The notes under the pieces: generated by a model
Databases searched by the model: none
The model's input: the letters and a program-made list of their open reading frames with translations, nothing else
What the model was told of the DNA's origin: nothing
Shown here: positions 1 through 14,123 of the stretch, piece by piece
Layout: every line of letters begins with the position of its first letter
How positions within the stretch are numbered: position 1 is the first letter of the stretch
Position numbers and translations under genes: made by a program
Assembly: GCA_034780895.1 (NCBI GenBank)
Contig: JAUZTB010000070.1
Location: 13,178,435-13,242,434 of the forward strand
Source: Rhynchobatus australiae
Taxonomy: Eukaryota
Length of the DNA: 64,000 bases
Direction: 5' to 3'

Positions 1-769
1 ATCATATGCTCTGAAAAATTTCTGGACTATGATAAGACAAGATGCACTTTAGTCAGATAGCATTCTCAAAATCCAGATTTTTCCTGTGCAAATGAGTGAT
101 GATACATTTTGTGTTAGTATTAGCAAAAGTCTAATAATGGATAATTAGGCATTTATGCACAATTGAGTAGCACAGCACATAAGGGGGATTTTCTTGATGG
201 GTGGCTGTGTCCCAAATGGAGAGCCAGGATCAGGGCAACTTGGCCACTTAAGCATTGATGCCATAGAGATGGTTTGTGTTGCTTCGTTATTTGTATGGAT
301 AGTGGAGGAATAATTGTTGTTTTTCTCACACTTTTTCATTGCCAGGCAGAAACTGTATGCAGATTTTTTAGGCTGGCATACATCCTGCAGATGTTTTAGA
401 TGCAGAATTATGCAATGCATCAGGTTGTGATACATTTGAAATACATACCTTGTTGTGATTGGATGTAATGCACATATTCTACTCATCAGGCAACTGGATA
501 AATGTATATCTTAGAGTTAATGAGACCAATGTTTTGAAATAATATCTGAGTTTATTTGATGATAGGTATGTCCATCCATCCCCTGCAGTAGAGATAATTA
601 AGTTCAAGGTTGTCCATAAGGTACATAGTGCAATATATATTAGGTCATGATCATGCCTTCAGTATCAGGACGTAAGCCCCTGAGAGCACAATGGACATTG
701 CTTCTAACAATGCTTGGCCCAGATTTTTTAAAAATGGTTTTTTTGGAACAAAAGAGATTAAATTATTTC

Positions 770-970
770 TTTATCCCTTATCCCTTGATTCTTTTAATAA
801 CCAGAGATCTATTGAACTCTGTTTTGAATGAACTCAAAAACTGAGCATCCATGGCCCTCTGCAGAAGAAAGTTCTAAAGAGTCACCACCCTTTTCATGAA
901 GAAATTTTCCCTCAGCTCAGTCTTAAATGGTGTTCTCTTTACTCTGAGACTTTGACTCTTGGTTCCCTTG
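770..970 (-). mobile_element. CR1-type LINE 3' fragment
   Basis: Reverse complement resembles the CR1 ORF2 C-terminus/3' region seen in other copies in this window (e.g. 37200-37500). Confidence 0.7.
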
Positions 971-2139
971 TGTAAAACTATGTTCTCAATTCTCGTACAT
1001 TCTTTTACATTTCACACAAACTTTCAGACAGGTCGATCAGCACTCCAACCATTTCCCTACTGTCTGCCTCATCAAAACTCTCATCAAAGTGCTCTAGAAT
1101 GAAATTTGTATAATCTCACCATCCAGCAAACTTGTAGCTGAACACCAATTAACCTGCCTCCTCCAGTCCCAGATGGAAGCCAAGTAGCTGTTGACTCATT
1201 GCATGGAGGTTCTGCCTCTAAACTTTCCCTAGAGTGTTAGCATCTAAACTTGGTGATACTGAGTATCAGATTAAGTTATGGACTCTGATATGATTCAATA
1301 GGTGAGATCTGGGCAGGGGCTCTCTCAACTAAGGGAGAAGGGTGTGGTGACTGTGACCTAGTCACGGGACTGAAACTGATAAATGCAAAACTATCTTTAC
1401 TGAACACAAGCAGGTCTTCTGGGGAATCAGTTTCTCTTCTGACATTCAACCGATCAGTAATGTTTTATACTTTTTAAACACGAACAGTAAACAAGTACAG
1501 TTTCAATGGCTATAATTACTTGTTTAACTTAAACATTTTGAGTTTAAACAGGTAACTGTGCACAACTACATATTTGCAAAGGGAGCACAGCTCAACTGGC
1601 AGAACCCCTTTGAATATCAGGTACTGGTGGCTGGATTGAAGAGTTCTGAGCACAAAACGTTAAACACCCAAAATATATTACTTTTGTTACAGTATTGAGC
1701 ATTGGCTCCCTGGATAAACAAAGTGACAGATTATTAAGTAACAGAACAGACATGTGTATTAACAAACTGTGTATTAAGTGGCAGGGATATGTCTTTAGTG
1801 ATTTGTTAACACAGGAGCTGGCTACTTAATGCCTTTTCTGATCTCATCATGAAGGTTTCAGTGAGGTCCATTAACATGAAAATTATTTTATTGTCCTCCC
1901 CTGAGTAGTTACATTGGTAGAGAATCAGAATGTCCCACACCCAATGATTGTATTCGATGGTCTTAAAGTATCAGTGGAAGTTGAATTGTGAACAGTTTTT
2001 TTTGAAGACTGATTCTCATTTGAATTAACTAGCTGCTCCACCTAGAGAGCCCTAGAGCTGCTCCCCTTCATGACTCCTGGAAAAATATCCCAAATATTCC
2101 CTAACAAAGGGAAGACCTAGTTAAAGAAAAGGAAGACAT

Positions 2140-2640
2140 CTCACCTATATTAGAGGTCTTGCCATCAGAGCAGGTAAGTCAAAAACAAAACAGGGAGAAT
2201 GGAATATAGTCCTATAGGAAGTAGGTGGGAGGAAGTCAAGATAACTGGAAGTTCTGTTAGCTTGTAATGGAGTGTTTATCACTAACCTGTCCCCAGAGAT
2301 GGAGACCCAGAATGGGTAGGGAAGTGGCAGAGGTGAATCATGTGAAGGTTAGAACAGGATTGAACTTGGCAGCAAAGGTAAATAGCTTTTGGGTTCTGTA
2401 TTTGTACAGGAAGCAGCATGTTATAGTTGTCAATATATTGAAAAAATATAGTTGAGGACCAGAGCCTGAGGAAGACTGAAACAAGGAATATTCCAAGTAT
2501 CCCATGAAAAGGCAGGCAGAAGTTGGACCATGCAATTCCCTTAGATCTGGAAAAAGTGGGTGAAGGTGAAGGAGAGTTACTCAAAGTGAGAACAGCTGAG
2601 AAAATAGAGAGCTATGGATGTCTAAGGTAGGGACATGTTC
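2140..2640 (-). mobile_element. Penelope-like element, decayed RT fragment
   Basis: ORF 2338-2535 (GPTSACLFMGYLEYSLFQ...PQLYF...FAAKFNPVLTFT) matches the PLE RT pattern MGPSYACLFxGYxE...YIDD...FHPxLxFT. Confidence 0.8.
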
Positions 2641-2740
2641 NNNNNNNNNNNNNNNNNNNNNNNNNNNNNNNNNNNNNNNNNNNNNNNNNNNNNNNNNNNN
2701 NNNNNNNNNNNNNNNNNNNNNNNNNNNNNNNNNNNNNNNN

Positions 2741-3110
2741 TGTATTCTTCCCCTCCAGATGTGACAGTGTGAGGTGGAGCAAAGTGGAGATTGCATCCTC
2801 TGTGGATCGATTGACTCCATATGCAAACTGTAGGGGGTCTAAGTTTGCAGGGAAACAAGTCCTAATATGCTGCATGACCAATCACTCAAAGCATTTCATT
2901 ATTATTGGTGTAGGGGCCACAGGGTGGAAATCATTCAGGCAGGCTGGGTTTGACTTTTTAGGGACAGGAATAATGATGGCACTTCTGAGCCGGGTGGGCA
3001 CTACTGCCTGGCTGAGCGAGATATTAAAGATGTCTGCAAAAACATCCTTTAGCTGCTCTGCACAATCCTTTAAAACATGTCCAGGGATGTTATCTGGCCC
3101 CGCAGCTAGT
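2741..3110 (-). mobile_element. Rex1/Babar-clade LINE, RT fragment
   Basis: ORF 2612-2881 [30 protein letters not shown] is the typical Rex1/Babar RT motif [18 protein letters not shown]. Confidence 0.85.
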
Positions 3111-3564
3111 TAGCCCTAGCTCATCCTATTGACTGCCTAAACTGTATCCCCAAATAAATACTCTTGCAGTAGACAGCTTGGTTGGGACTAGTTAGATACT
3201 CCATCATGATAATAAGGTAGGAGCATGAACTTTAGGCACAATCTGCACTGAGTCAAACTGTTGCAGATTACTTAAGTATCGCGATTCTGGTGTAAGATTT
3301 CCACTGTGTGATCCAACTTCTCAACCCTTATCTTTCCTGGAGAAACTCCAATCAACCACTAAAAGAATTTGTGTTTAAAGAATCCCCAGAAAAGCCCAGG
3401 CTGATTGATCCATCGGTAGAGCAAGAGAAGTGTCTTTTCCTTGGGTGTTAACAACAGGGAGTAAAGAAGCAGATTCATAACAATGGAACTCCATCTACTT
3501 AATACTGCCAGGGATTTATACACTTTCTGAAAGGGAATAGACACGGCCTTATTAGAAGCAAAAA

Positions 3565-3950
3565 CTTGCATGTATGTAACACCTTTCACATCCCTTTCAT
3601 AATGTTCCAAAGCTCTTTACAGCTTCGAAAATATTTTGGAAGTATAGTCACTATTGCAATGTAAGAAATGCAACAGCCATTTTAAGCACATGGAGCTCCC
3701 ACAAACAGATATGTGATAAAGACCAGCTAATTATCGACTTTATTTGTTTTGGTAGAGGGATACAAGTTGGCCTGGGCAACTTTCTTCATCTTCAAAATAG
3801 TGGCATGTAGGCAGGGAATCCATTTAGTAATTCATCCAAAAAAACGGCACCTCTTGCAATCCACCATTCCCACAGTACTGCACTAGTGTATTAACCTAGA
3901 TATTTGTGCTTATGTCTGTGGAGGGAACTTGAACCTGTTACCTTCTGCAA
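3565..3950 (-). mobile_element. Deu-domain SINE (SacSINE1/AmnSINE-like)
   Basis: On the minus strand: tRNA-like B box (ggttcaagtt), then agtgcagtactgtggga...gaggtgccgt, ctgtttgtgggagct and the tail gctgtaaagagctttgg...gtgaaaggtgttacata. Confidence 0.75.
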
Positions 3951-4869
3951 TTTGTTATGACTAACAAGAGCAAATAAGACATCTCCACCTCAATTTCAGG
4001 TAAACATGTAGAGCAACTATTGCATTTGCAGTTCCCTCAAGTTGGAAAGTTTACAGGAATAAGTGCTGCATTTCTCTTACAGGCTATCAAAATGTCAGAT
4101 GACTTTGGGTTAGTTCTGTATTCATAGGTTTCATGGGTCAGCAATTACGCTTCTATTTCTGGTACTGTATCCCAAGGAAGCAAGGCAGAGATGTGACTAT
4201 ATAAAATGCAAGTACTTTAAACCTTGAAGAAGCATTATCTTATGTGTCTTCCATAATCTGGTGCCANNNNNNNNNNNNNNNNNNNNNNNNNNNNNNNNNN
4301 NNNNNNNNNNNNNNNNNNNNNNNNNNNNNNNNNNNNNNNNNNNNNNNNNNNNNNNNNNNNNNNNNNNNNNNNNNNNNNNNNNNNNNNNNNNNNNNNNNNN
4401 NNNNNNNNNNNNNNNNNNNNNNNNNNNNNNNNNNNNNNNNNNNNNNNNNNNNNNNNNNNNNNNNNNNNNNNNNNNNNNNNNNNNNNNNNNNNNNNNNNNN
4501 NNNNNNNNNNNNNNNNNNNNNNNNNNNNNNNNNNNNNNNNNNNNNNNNNNNNNNNNNNNNNNNNNNNNNNNNNNNNNNNNNNNNNNNNNNNNNNNNNNNN
4601 NNNNNNNNNNNNNNNNNNNNNNNNNNNNNNNNNNNNNNNNNNNNNNNNNNNNNNNNNNNNNNNNNNNNNNNNNNAGCAGAACTTCAGAGGGACTGGCCAG
4701 GCTCCCATTGGGCTATTGCTGAACCCAGGCCAACATCAGGGCATTGCTGAGGGAGTGTTGTAGGCCAATATCAGATTAACTGGCACCTTTCATCATCTGG
4801 CACCTATCACGTCAGACACATGCTGCATACCAGAACTTATGATATAAATAATGGTACCACTCTAAAGGG

Positions 4870-5330
4870 AATGCAGGTACCTGAATGTAAGATTTGGTTG
4901 AAGTAGCCCCTAAGATGAGGGAGTCCAGTTATGTGAATAGAATGAAGAGACTCGGGTTGTGTTGCTTAATGGCAGAGGAAATTGAAAGGTAATTTTACAG
5001 AGGTGTTCAAAATCAAGGGTTGATTAAAAGTGAATAATGATAAATTGTTTCCATTGATGGAGGGATCAGAAAGAAGAGGACACAAACTGGCTGAAGATCC
5101 TGGTGTGACATGAAAATCTTTTTTCAAGCAGCAAGTAACCATGTCCTGGATTTCACTGTCTGAAAAGATGGTGAAAATCGTTTTAATTGTGGCTTTCAAG
5201 TGGGAATTGGATCAATATTTGAAGAAATAAATGCATGGAAAAAAAGTTAGGAAATTGGACAGACTGGATTGTTCCTGTAGAAAATTCTTGCAGGTCTGTT
5301 GGGCAAAATGGCATTCTGCCATGCTATAAC
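4870..5330 (+). mobile_element. CR1-type LINE 3' end, diverged
   Basis: Resembles the CR1 C-terminal region (LGL...RRLxGxLxEVFKI...LFPL...RGHKL) and 3' UTR. Confidence 0.7.
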
Positions 5331-5489
5331 AATGCAATATTTAACGTTTTAATGGAGAGGACAACTTGTATCAATGTCCAAAGGAATTGAAATTGCTTTC
5401 TCTGGCTTTGTCACCATAATATGCCTGATGTTCTATTAACTTGGTGGATCTCCTGAAGTTTTCAATGCCACATCTCCTAAATTTATAGT

Positions 5490-5810
5490 AATCATAAATT
5501 TATAGTGCAGTGCAGCTCTGAGGATGCAATTTTGCTCATCAAATAGCAAGGGTTCTTTGAAAGAACAATTCATTTAATTTTCCCATTTCCCCCTCTACCA
5601 TAAACCTGAATTTCTTTTCTCTTTCTGGTATTTGTATGATTCTCTTTTGAACGATTAAATTGTATCTCTATTTACTAACATGTCAAACAGTAGATTCTAA
5701 ATTTGAGCACTTGTGACTATAAAACAAAAATTCTGATGTTGTATCTTTTCCTTTAGTCAATTGCTTTAAATATCTGGCCTTGTTAATCGACCCTTCAGCC
5801 ATTGGAAACA
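5490..5810 (-). mobile_element. Old CR1-type 3' fragment
   Basis: Weak similarity to the reverse complement of CR1 3' ends elsewhere in the window. Confidence 0.45.
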
Positions 5811-7879
5811 ATTTGGCTACAAGAAAGTGGTGTCTGAAGAGTGTCTGGCATTTGTTTAGGAAGAGTGTTTAGGAAGCAGTGGTATGCACAGTTTGACTAT
5901 TTGACTAAGAAGCACTGTCTGTGGGGANNNNNNNNNNNNNNNNNNNNNNNNNNNNNNNNNNNNNNNNNNNNNNNNNNNNNNNNNNNNNNNNNNNNNNNNN
6001 NNNNNNNNNNNNNNNNNNNNNNNNNNNGTGGGGAACATGCTTCTCCAAGACTGAGATTCGCCAGATGGAGTAGATACAAATGCGTCCACAGAACAATGTG
6101 TAGACCACCCTTTTAGGCTGATGCTGATGACATCAGCCACCTACAATGTCCACCACTGTATTGGGAGTAGACTCAAAGTGTGACGAATTCTTCTGTTTCC
6201 CTGTTATAATTTAGGCAAAGAGAACGCAAATTGGCTTAGGAGAATTCCCCAACATTGTAGGCTTTCCACTGCTTTTGTCAAGAATGATTGACTGGCCCTA
6301 TATTGTTTTGGAGTGTTCCTCCTGGGAACTTCATTGGAACAATCACCTGTTTTCTACATACATAGGCTACACTGCACTTGACCTTGCAGAAGATATCAAT
6401 GCCAACCAGGGATAAGAAAGAAGCCAGAAATTTGAAAGGCAAAGTTGCCCTAATAGACATTGGCAGACACACATCTCTTATTGCTCTGTATTCTTCCCAA
6501 ATAAACATGAATTCTGGCTCTTATCTGAGCTTGGCTATGATTTATCAAATGACTAAAAGTTTTGGATTTCAGAAACTCCTGCTGAACTTGCTAAAGGTGA
6601 TCATTTTTTTTCCAGATTTTCCTCCTTTACAGATGTTGGGATTCTCACTGCACATCACACCTGTCATACTTCATTGCACATTCAGAAGGAGCCTGTATTT
6701 TTATTTGCTGCTGTCTCTGAGGAAAGTTCACAAGTTTCTATTAATGGAAGATTGAATTTAATATCTGCGATATGACCAATCTAAAATGTAACAGTTGCAG
6801 AAGTGTTGATGGAAGATGCTACGTAAGATGATAGTTTCTGCTTCAGATTAAAAAACACAATATGTGTATTCTGTTATGTTAATTTTAATAACTCCTGACA
6901 AAATGAATACCTACAATTATCCTCTCTAGGTTACCACCACATCTCTGTCATGTATTTCTTCATCTTTTCACCCATCTTGTTTTTCCATTAGTCCTCAGCT
7001 TTCCATAAAACCGTGAATATGAACAGTCCAGACATCAAATGAGTGAGTCTTGAGTGTGATTTGCTGTGACTCAGGTGAGTGTCTTCAACATGCCCCTATC
7101 ATTCCCCATCCAAGAACATTGAAAGTAAAAGTAAAAATTCTCAAAATATGCTGATGACTATATCTCACTAATAACCTGCAATTCTGGTTCAGACTCAGTA
7201 TTCAATGTGAGTGTGGTCCCAAGGGGTAAAGACGACTAATAGTGAAGTCCATGATTTATGAACATCTGCCAAGAGGAAACACAGGGAAATGATGCAAGAC
7301 CAAGAGTACTTCGTATGTTGGTGCAGTTTCTCCATGACCCCTGAAGGCTTTCATGTTGTGGAGAATGGTATATCTGAAACTTGAACTATATTCTTCTGCT
7401 TTATATCTAAAGAATAAGACATAGAAAAATCAGCTTTAGCCAAGTTCTGTAATGCATCAGCACCGGTTCTGATGCATGATGTTCATGCCAGTTTTTAAAT
7501 TCAGCCATTCCCAACAGAGGAATGCCATGCAATGTTTCTTCAGTGGAGTCAAAAATTCAGCATTAAATACCACAGAATAGAATGCTTGGATAAGGAAAAA
7601 TATGTGAGATTTCAAACAAAAAATTCAAAGATAAGGTAGTGAAAAGTATGCTTCACCAAGTAGCTGATCTGAGTACATATGCTCATAAATATTTCCTTAC
7701 TCTTGCATCCTTATTCTTGCTCCTTCTTCCATGCTGGACAACCTAACATCTCTCTCAATTCTTTTCCCCCATGCAAACAACATGGGGGCATCATTCAGTG
7801 TTGTTTTACTGGCTTTTAGAAAGATTTTCATTGAATACTTGCATGGCCCCTAGCCAAGTGCTGTACTTCCATATGGCTG

Positions 7880-8200
7880 AATGACATGGGATATCAAGAA
7901 ATGGTTGAGAGCAGTGGATAGAGGAAAGGCTGTGGGACCAGACAACATCACAGCCCCAGTACTGAGGATGTATACTTGAGAACTAGTTATACTTCTAGCC
8001 ATGTTGTTCCCATATAGTTACATTACCTGACAGTATGTAAAATTGCCCAGGTACAGTATGTTCTGTTCACAGAAAACAGGACAAATCCAACATGGAAAAT
8101 CATCAATCATTCTATTATCAATCATCAACAAACTGATGGAAGGTGTCATCAACAGTGACATTTACTCACCAATAACCTGATTACCAATGCTCAGTTTGAG
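7880..8200 (+). mobile_element. RT fragment of the LINE family at 22.8-26.0 kb
   Basis: KAVGPDNI...VL...KQDKSN...SIINKLMEGVINS remnants match 24029-24289(-). Confidence 0.75.
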
Positions 8201-8699
8201 GTCTGCTCTGGAACTGGTAAGGAAATTAATATAGTTTACTGAGATAGGGAACAATGAATTCTGAGTTGGAGACTGGAAATGCACAATGACCAGTTACTTA
8301 CAGCAGTCTGAAAGATTACAGAGTACAGTAAAACTTTGATAAATTGACACTCTTGGGAATTTGTTAGTGCCTGACTAGCAAATTTTCCAGACTATTAGAT
8401 GTTACTCCTATTAATATCCAGACACTTTTATTTCACTTATTTTAACATATTACACAATAGTATAAAAAATTTTCCAGTGGAATCAGTCAGTGTGAAGGGA
8501 ATGGGAAATATACCTGCACTCCAGATTCCAACTCCAGCTGCAAACCTACCTACATTCTGACCCTCGGTATTCTGGACCCCAGCTTTAGCCTCACACCCAG
8601 CCACAGTCTGGACCCTGGCCCTGGCCACAATCCAGACACTGCCTATCTTTTGGAAAAACTGGGTGCCAAATTGGTTCCTGCACATTTGAGATGCAAGCC

Positions 8700-9670
8700 A
8701 CACCAGCATTGGTTTATAAAACAGGGAGTTGGGATAAACAAGTTGTGTTGGGGTGCTTCAGGGACCTGTGTTGGTGTTGTGGCCTTTCAAAATCTGCTTC
8801 AATGACTTGGATGAAGGAACAAAGTGGAATGTATCCTCATTTTCTACAAAGATAGGTGGGAATATAAGCTTGAAGGGGGGATACAAAGAGGCTGCAAATT
8901 GCAAAGATGGGTTAAGTGAGCTGGCAAAAAGACAATGAATGGGGAACTGTTATCTATTTTTGGCAGGAAGCATAAAAAAGTAGTATATTACTTAAATAAT
9001 GTGAGACTATTATAAAACTTCAAGGAGACTGGGTGTCCTCATAAGAATCACATAAAGTTAGAAATATAGGACAGCAAACAATTAGAAGTCTAAATGAAAT
9101 GTTGGCCTTTGGTGTTCAGTGACCGAATACAAAAATAAGGAAGTCTTACTATAACTATACAGTGTGCTGGTGAGACCACACCTGGAGTACTGCGTACAGA
9201 TTTGGATCCCTCATTTAAGGAACTGGAGGCATTGTTACAAAGGTTCACTAGTTTGATTCCTGAGAGGAAGGGGTTTCCTTATGAGGACCAAATGAGCATA
9301 TAGAGTTTAGAAGAATTAGAGATAATCTCATTGAAACATAAGATTCTGAAGGGGATTGACAGGGAAAATACTGTGAGGATGTTTCCCCAAGCTGGTGATT
9401 CCAGAACAAGGGGGCATCATTTCAGAATAACAGTCTAACTATTTGAGACTGATATGAGAATTATTTTTCCCTCACAGTGTGGTTAACCTCCCAGGGTCAC
9501 TGTTTCAAAGTTAAAATAGATAAATATTTAGAATATAGATGAATGCACATTGATGGGGATTGGGCAGAAAAATGGAGTTGAAGGCCTGGATCAGATTAGT
9601 CATGATTTTATTGAATGGCAGAGCATACTTGATCAGCTATATGACCTGCCTGTAACCCTTGCATTCTTAT
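8700..9670 (+). mobile_element. CR1-type LINE, 3' half of ORF2 plus 3' UTR
   Basis: Contains QGPVL...NDLDEG (RT) and LYSVLVRPHLEYCVQIW near 9150-9205. Confidence 0.85.
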
Positions 9671-10697
9671 GTGGAACCAATATCTGCCAGAAATACGCAA
9701 AATGGGCCAATCATGATGTTAATCAATGTGACACTGATTTGATGCATAAATGCCACTGTTTTTTCCCTCCTGACATCCTCAAGCAAATATCATGCAAAGA
9801 TCTTTCTTGTAACACTCTTTCATGCTAGAGTATAGCATACAAATATATTAAGCAGTTCACTTGCAAAGTGTAACATTCACCTAATCAACCTGCAAAATCC
9901 TAGTTTTGGAAGGAAGGTATCTGGGGCACATGGAGGTTATTTGGGATACTGAGGCATCTGTTAACATGTTTTTTAATGTGTTGTGTTTGTAGGTGAGGAC
10001 TAGTGCACAGCTACAGAGAGAGAAACAGAACAATCTGTGGTCAACCCATGCTTAAGCACCTCCAGCAATATGAGTCCACAACACCTCCCTGCTGCCTTTC
10101 TTTGCTGCCTTGAAAACTAAGGAAATCAAGGAATGAGGCTTTGAGGTGTTGTCCTGAATTGGAGAATTGATTACTGTTTGGTACATATCAGTAGGTTGGA
10201 AACACACTAGTGTAAAAAAATATGAAAAGCTCTTGCTTTAGCTTTGTTGGGGTTCTTTTAATTTCTAATTATAAGCTGTTTTGAAAATAAAACTGGGTAA
10301 AGTGCGAATCTTATCCCCAGCTTAATTCAATGCAAATTATGCAAGTTTCACAAGCTCACAAATTAATTAACAATGAGGAAAACCATTCAAGCAAATTTTG
10401 TTCATCCATTCATAATCACCCTACAGATTTCCTTTGTAGCACCCAATTATTTCTTAAATACATCCAGTTTGTTGCCTTTACCACATCTGTTCCATGTGTT
10501 GATTACACTCCACATTTCTGACTTTCAGAAATGTGAGTAAAACTACCTTATACTTGTTTGAACCAACATCAACTTGTCTAATTTCACAATGTAATTTGAA
10601 ATAGTTTTCTGGTTCTATTTTGTTCTTTAAATTATGAGCTCATAGTACCTTTGTAAGATAATCTTTTCAAATGCTAGCTTTCCAGTTAGAAATATAG

Positions 10698-10798
10698 TCC
10701 TAACGTGGGCAAATGGGATTAGTGTAGATGGGCAAAAAGGTTGGCATGGACATGTTGGGCTGAAGGGCCTATTTCTGTGCTGTACATTACTATGACTC
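10698..10798 (+). mobile_element. CR1/HE1 3' tail
   Basis: gggcaaatgggattag...ggcatggacatgttgggctgaagggcctatttctgtgctgtac is the same tail as at 55710-55790. Confidence 0.8.
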
Positions 10799-10949
10799 AA
10801 TCTGAAAAATAAATCTCACCACTTTTTCTTCATAACTCAGACCCTAGTGGCTCTTCTTTGGTTCGAGTCATTAAAAGTTTTCCTGGTGGCTTGGTGTCAA
10901 TGATAATATGGTCAATTTAACCATGAATCACATATTTACTCTGTTAGTT

Positions 10950-11170
10950 TGTTTTATTGATGAGATTTGGGCCTTGCAGGCTGGGCCAACATTTATTGTT
11001 CTTGAACTGAGTGGCTTGCTTGGCCATTTCAGAGGTCCATTATGATTCAACTACATTTCTATAGATCTGGAGTTACATATTGGGTAAGATCAGCAGATTT
11101 CTTTCCTTGACAGACATTAGTGATCCTAGATCATCCCAGATGTTCTATGGTCATCTTGATTGACTTTAGT
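10950..11170 (-). mobile_element. Short SINE/non-autonomous derivative of the LINE at 22.8-26.0 kb
   Basis: 10950-11000 matches the LINE 3' end (22806-22860); 11000-11170 matches its 5' region (25670-25850). Confidence 0.75.
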
Positions 11171-14123
11171 ATTTTTATCTTTACCTTAATAACTTTGTAT
11201 TTTGTTAATTATTGCTTTGCGTTGGTTAGGCATGTTTAGATATGATGATTAATATTCCTAGATCTCTTCTCAACCTCTAGCTATTTCTACATTTATGAAA
11301 TATGTATTTTCTTATTTTTCCATCCCTTCTACATTACCCTCTTCAACCATTTGTTTTGATGTAATTTCTTGGTCCTGATCATTGTGTAAATAAGAAACAG
11401 CAGTGATATTTATAGTGAACCATGTGCACTCTATGCAGTGCTTTCCAACAACTTTCTTTTACCAAACCCTTGTTCCTTTTTGTTCTTTGGCCAATTTCTT
11501 ATCTATTCCATGGGTTCACCCTTAATTCCTACAACTATGAATAATAGCCTCTCATGATGATGGAAGTCCAAGTGTACCAAGTATAAGTTCACCTTGTACA
11601 GTAGTGCAACATAGGCATTGACAAATTTGTAGTCAGTTTTGCTTTCCCTAAAACTTTCTCCTCATTGAAATCTATGAAGAAATAAATAGTGTAGAGTGCC
11701 AATTCTTCATCATTAATTTTATGCTGCTGCTCATGACAAATAAACTTTGCAGAATCTGTAGAATTTTCCATAGTGCCCCAGGCTTTAGGTACATACATTA
11801 GCAGGCTATTCAGGCATACTCATTCCTTTCTGAATACCTTAGTTATTTGCTTCTAATCCTGACATTTACCCCACTTTACCAGAATAAAGATGAATTGGTA
11901 GGGAATTGTCTGAATATCTTTAAAATCCTGTTTTGAGTCTGGACTCCACATTGGCCTGCTTCCAGTTGACTGATATACCGTAATGTCCATGGAATGTCAT
12001 AATCATTGTCAAAGCCTCATAACTTTCCTCCCTGGTCTCTTTTAGCACTCAGCTAAGCAGATATTTTGTAAGTAGCTGAACAAAAAAAATCTCTGAATTA
12101 TTGAAGAAATTGGATGCAATTATGACTCATTTTATATTTGAAAAAGTGGATACAATGAAGAAAAGCAGCAGGCTCCAATAAGTTTTCCCAGTTCTTCTGC
12201 TGAAAAGTATTTCACCCAGATTTATTTTATAACTAATTATTAGGGACTGGATCTGACTGCATCACAATTAAAATTAAACTGTCTATATGTTGGTTCCAAT
12301 ATTCAACTATGTGTCATTTGGAGTAGCTTTTTTTCAATAAAAAATCTGGTGCTGCAGCTTCCCAAACAGGAGTTTAGGTATTATCATATGGAACAGGCAG
12401 CTATTGTCAAGAAAGATAATTATTTTGTCTTCTTGAATAATAAATGACTTTCTAATTAGTAGTCAATATAGAACTATAATCATATTCTCTACAGTGATGA
12501 AAGCAGTGCTTGGTGTAGTGCTGCATCTGCTTTTGTTCTGCAGCTCTTTTTTAAGTCATTCTCCAGAATCAATAACGATTGTTCATTGAAACAGTGTAAA
12601 AATCCCCATCTCCCCAAGGCTGTACAGCAATGGCATAACTTCAAATAAAAATAGATGAACTGGAGCCAGACAACACTTGCCTATTTCCCCCCCACATGGA
12701 CAGATGTATTTTCTCCATTTCCCCTACCTGTTGTTTGGTGCAACGTTGCTTCTTTGCTAACTTCCACTGTATTCCTCCTTGGAATGCTTGTAACCATGGC
12801 ACAACAGTCCAAACTCGTTCAAAGGATATGACACTTTCATAGAAAACTGAACTCATTTAAAAAAAACAGAAGAATCCATCAGATATACATTAAAATCAGC
12901 ATTGCTTATAGGAAGCCATCAAAGATTTTTAAAAATCACCTCAATAAGTTTCTCTGAGCTTTCCAATGAGGCACCTGACTGCTTTATGGTTAATACTGAT
13001 TTTAAAGCACTGATTTTCTCCCTTCCTCCTCCAATATTGCCTTGTGTACCAACCACTCCACTGTAGTATCTCCTGCAGAAATTTAGTCATTGAAGACATT
13101 ATTTTAGTGGAGCGAACTTTCAGTGTAGTCTGCATAATTGCACTCAAGTGTACCGGGAGAGGAATATTGAACCTTTTATATTGAAAGATATCATTTAACA
13201 AGCATGCATTCCAAGGTTTCAATTTAAAAGAAGCCCACTTGAGTACCTGATTGACATACCGTTTTTTTCAAGAAAGGTGTAATCCCTGACGTTAAACAGA
13301 AGGAGGTGACATACACACGACACTGCAAATTTCTCACTGTGATACAAACAATAATTTAATTGGAAAATATGTTGCTGAAAAGAATAAAAGGCAGAGTTAG
13401 TGAACTTGCAGAAGGTGTGATTTTTTTCTCTTTTTCATACAACAGAAGGTAATTTAACAAATGAGTCAAGAAAACTTTGAATAACAAGTTAAACATTCCA
13501 GTGATCACTTGAATTCCACTTCTGAATTAACTCTCCAGTGAAACTTGCCCTAAGGCTGAACTTTCTGCTGTTAGAAATCGTATGGAATCTAATTTGGTAA
13601 GTATTTCCTGGATTCCAGTATAATTCCTACCTTGCGAGTCTATTCTGTTTGGGAATATCAAAAGGAGCACTATCAGCCCTACAGCAGAGTTCAGAGCCCC
13701 ATTGCATTTGTATAATGTTCTGGTAAACATGCAGATCTCTACATGCATGCAAGTCAAACTTTGCCAGTCACCATCACTTTGTGGAAAATGTTCTCATAAC
13801 TGAATAATCACCCACATTTTTTCAAATATTTGTGTTTTCCTTATTGCTTAAATCATTACTAAAACAGATTAAGAATTAAATTAAGAGTTTTGTTACAGAC
13901 TGAATCTTCTGTGAACTTTGGCATTTGGATGAGTGTTAATCTCCATAATTTTCTTTTCTGCTTAGAAGTCTGTCAGGTTATTGTTGGCACAGCTCTGCAC
14001 CTTTCAGAACTCTGCGTGAGACGTGGCAGCAGTGTGTAAAAACACATGGGCCATTTTTTTCACTGCTTTCGGCTTCCTGCCAAGCAGCCGACCTTGCGCT
14101 ATCTGATCAAACCTGATGCTTAC

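Noticed and set aside
130-520. Possible LINE ORF1 zinc-knuckle remnant on the minus strand (YI...FKC...C..C)
   Set aside because: Too degenerate to support by eye; needs a profile search.
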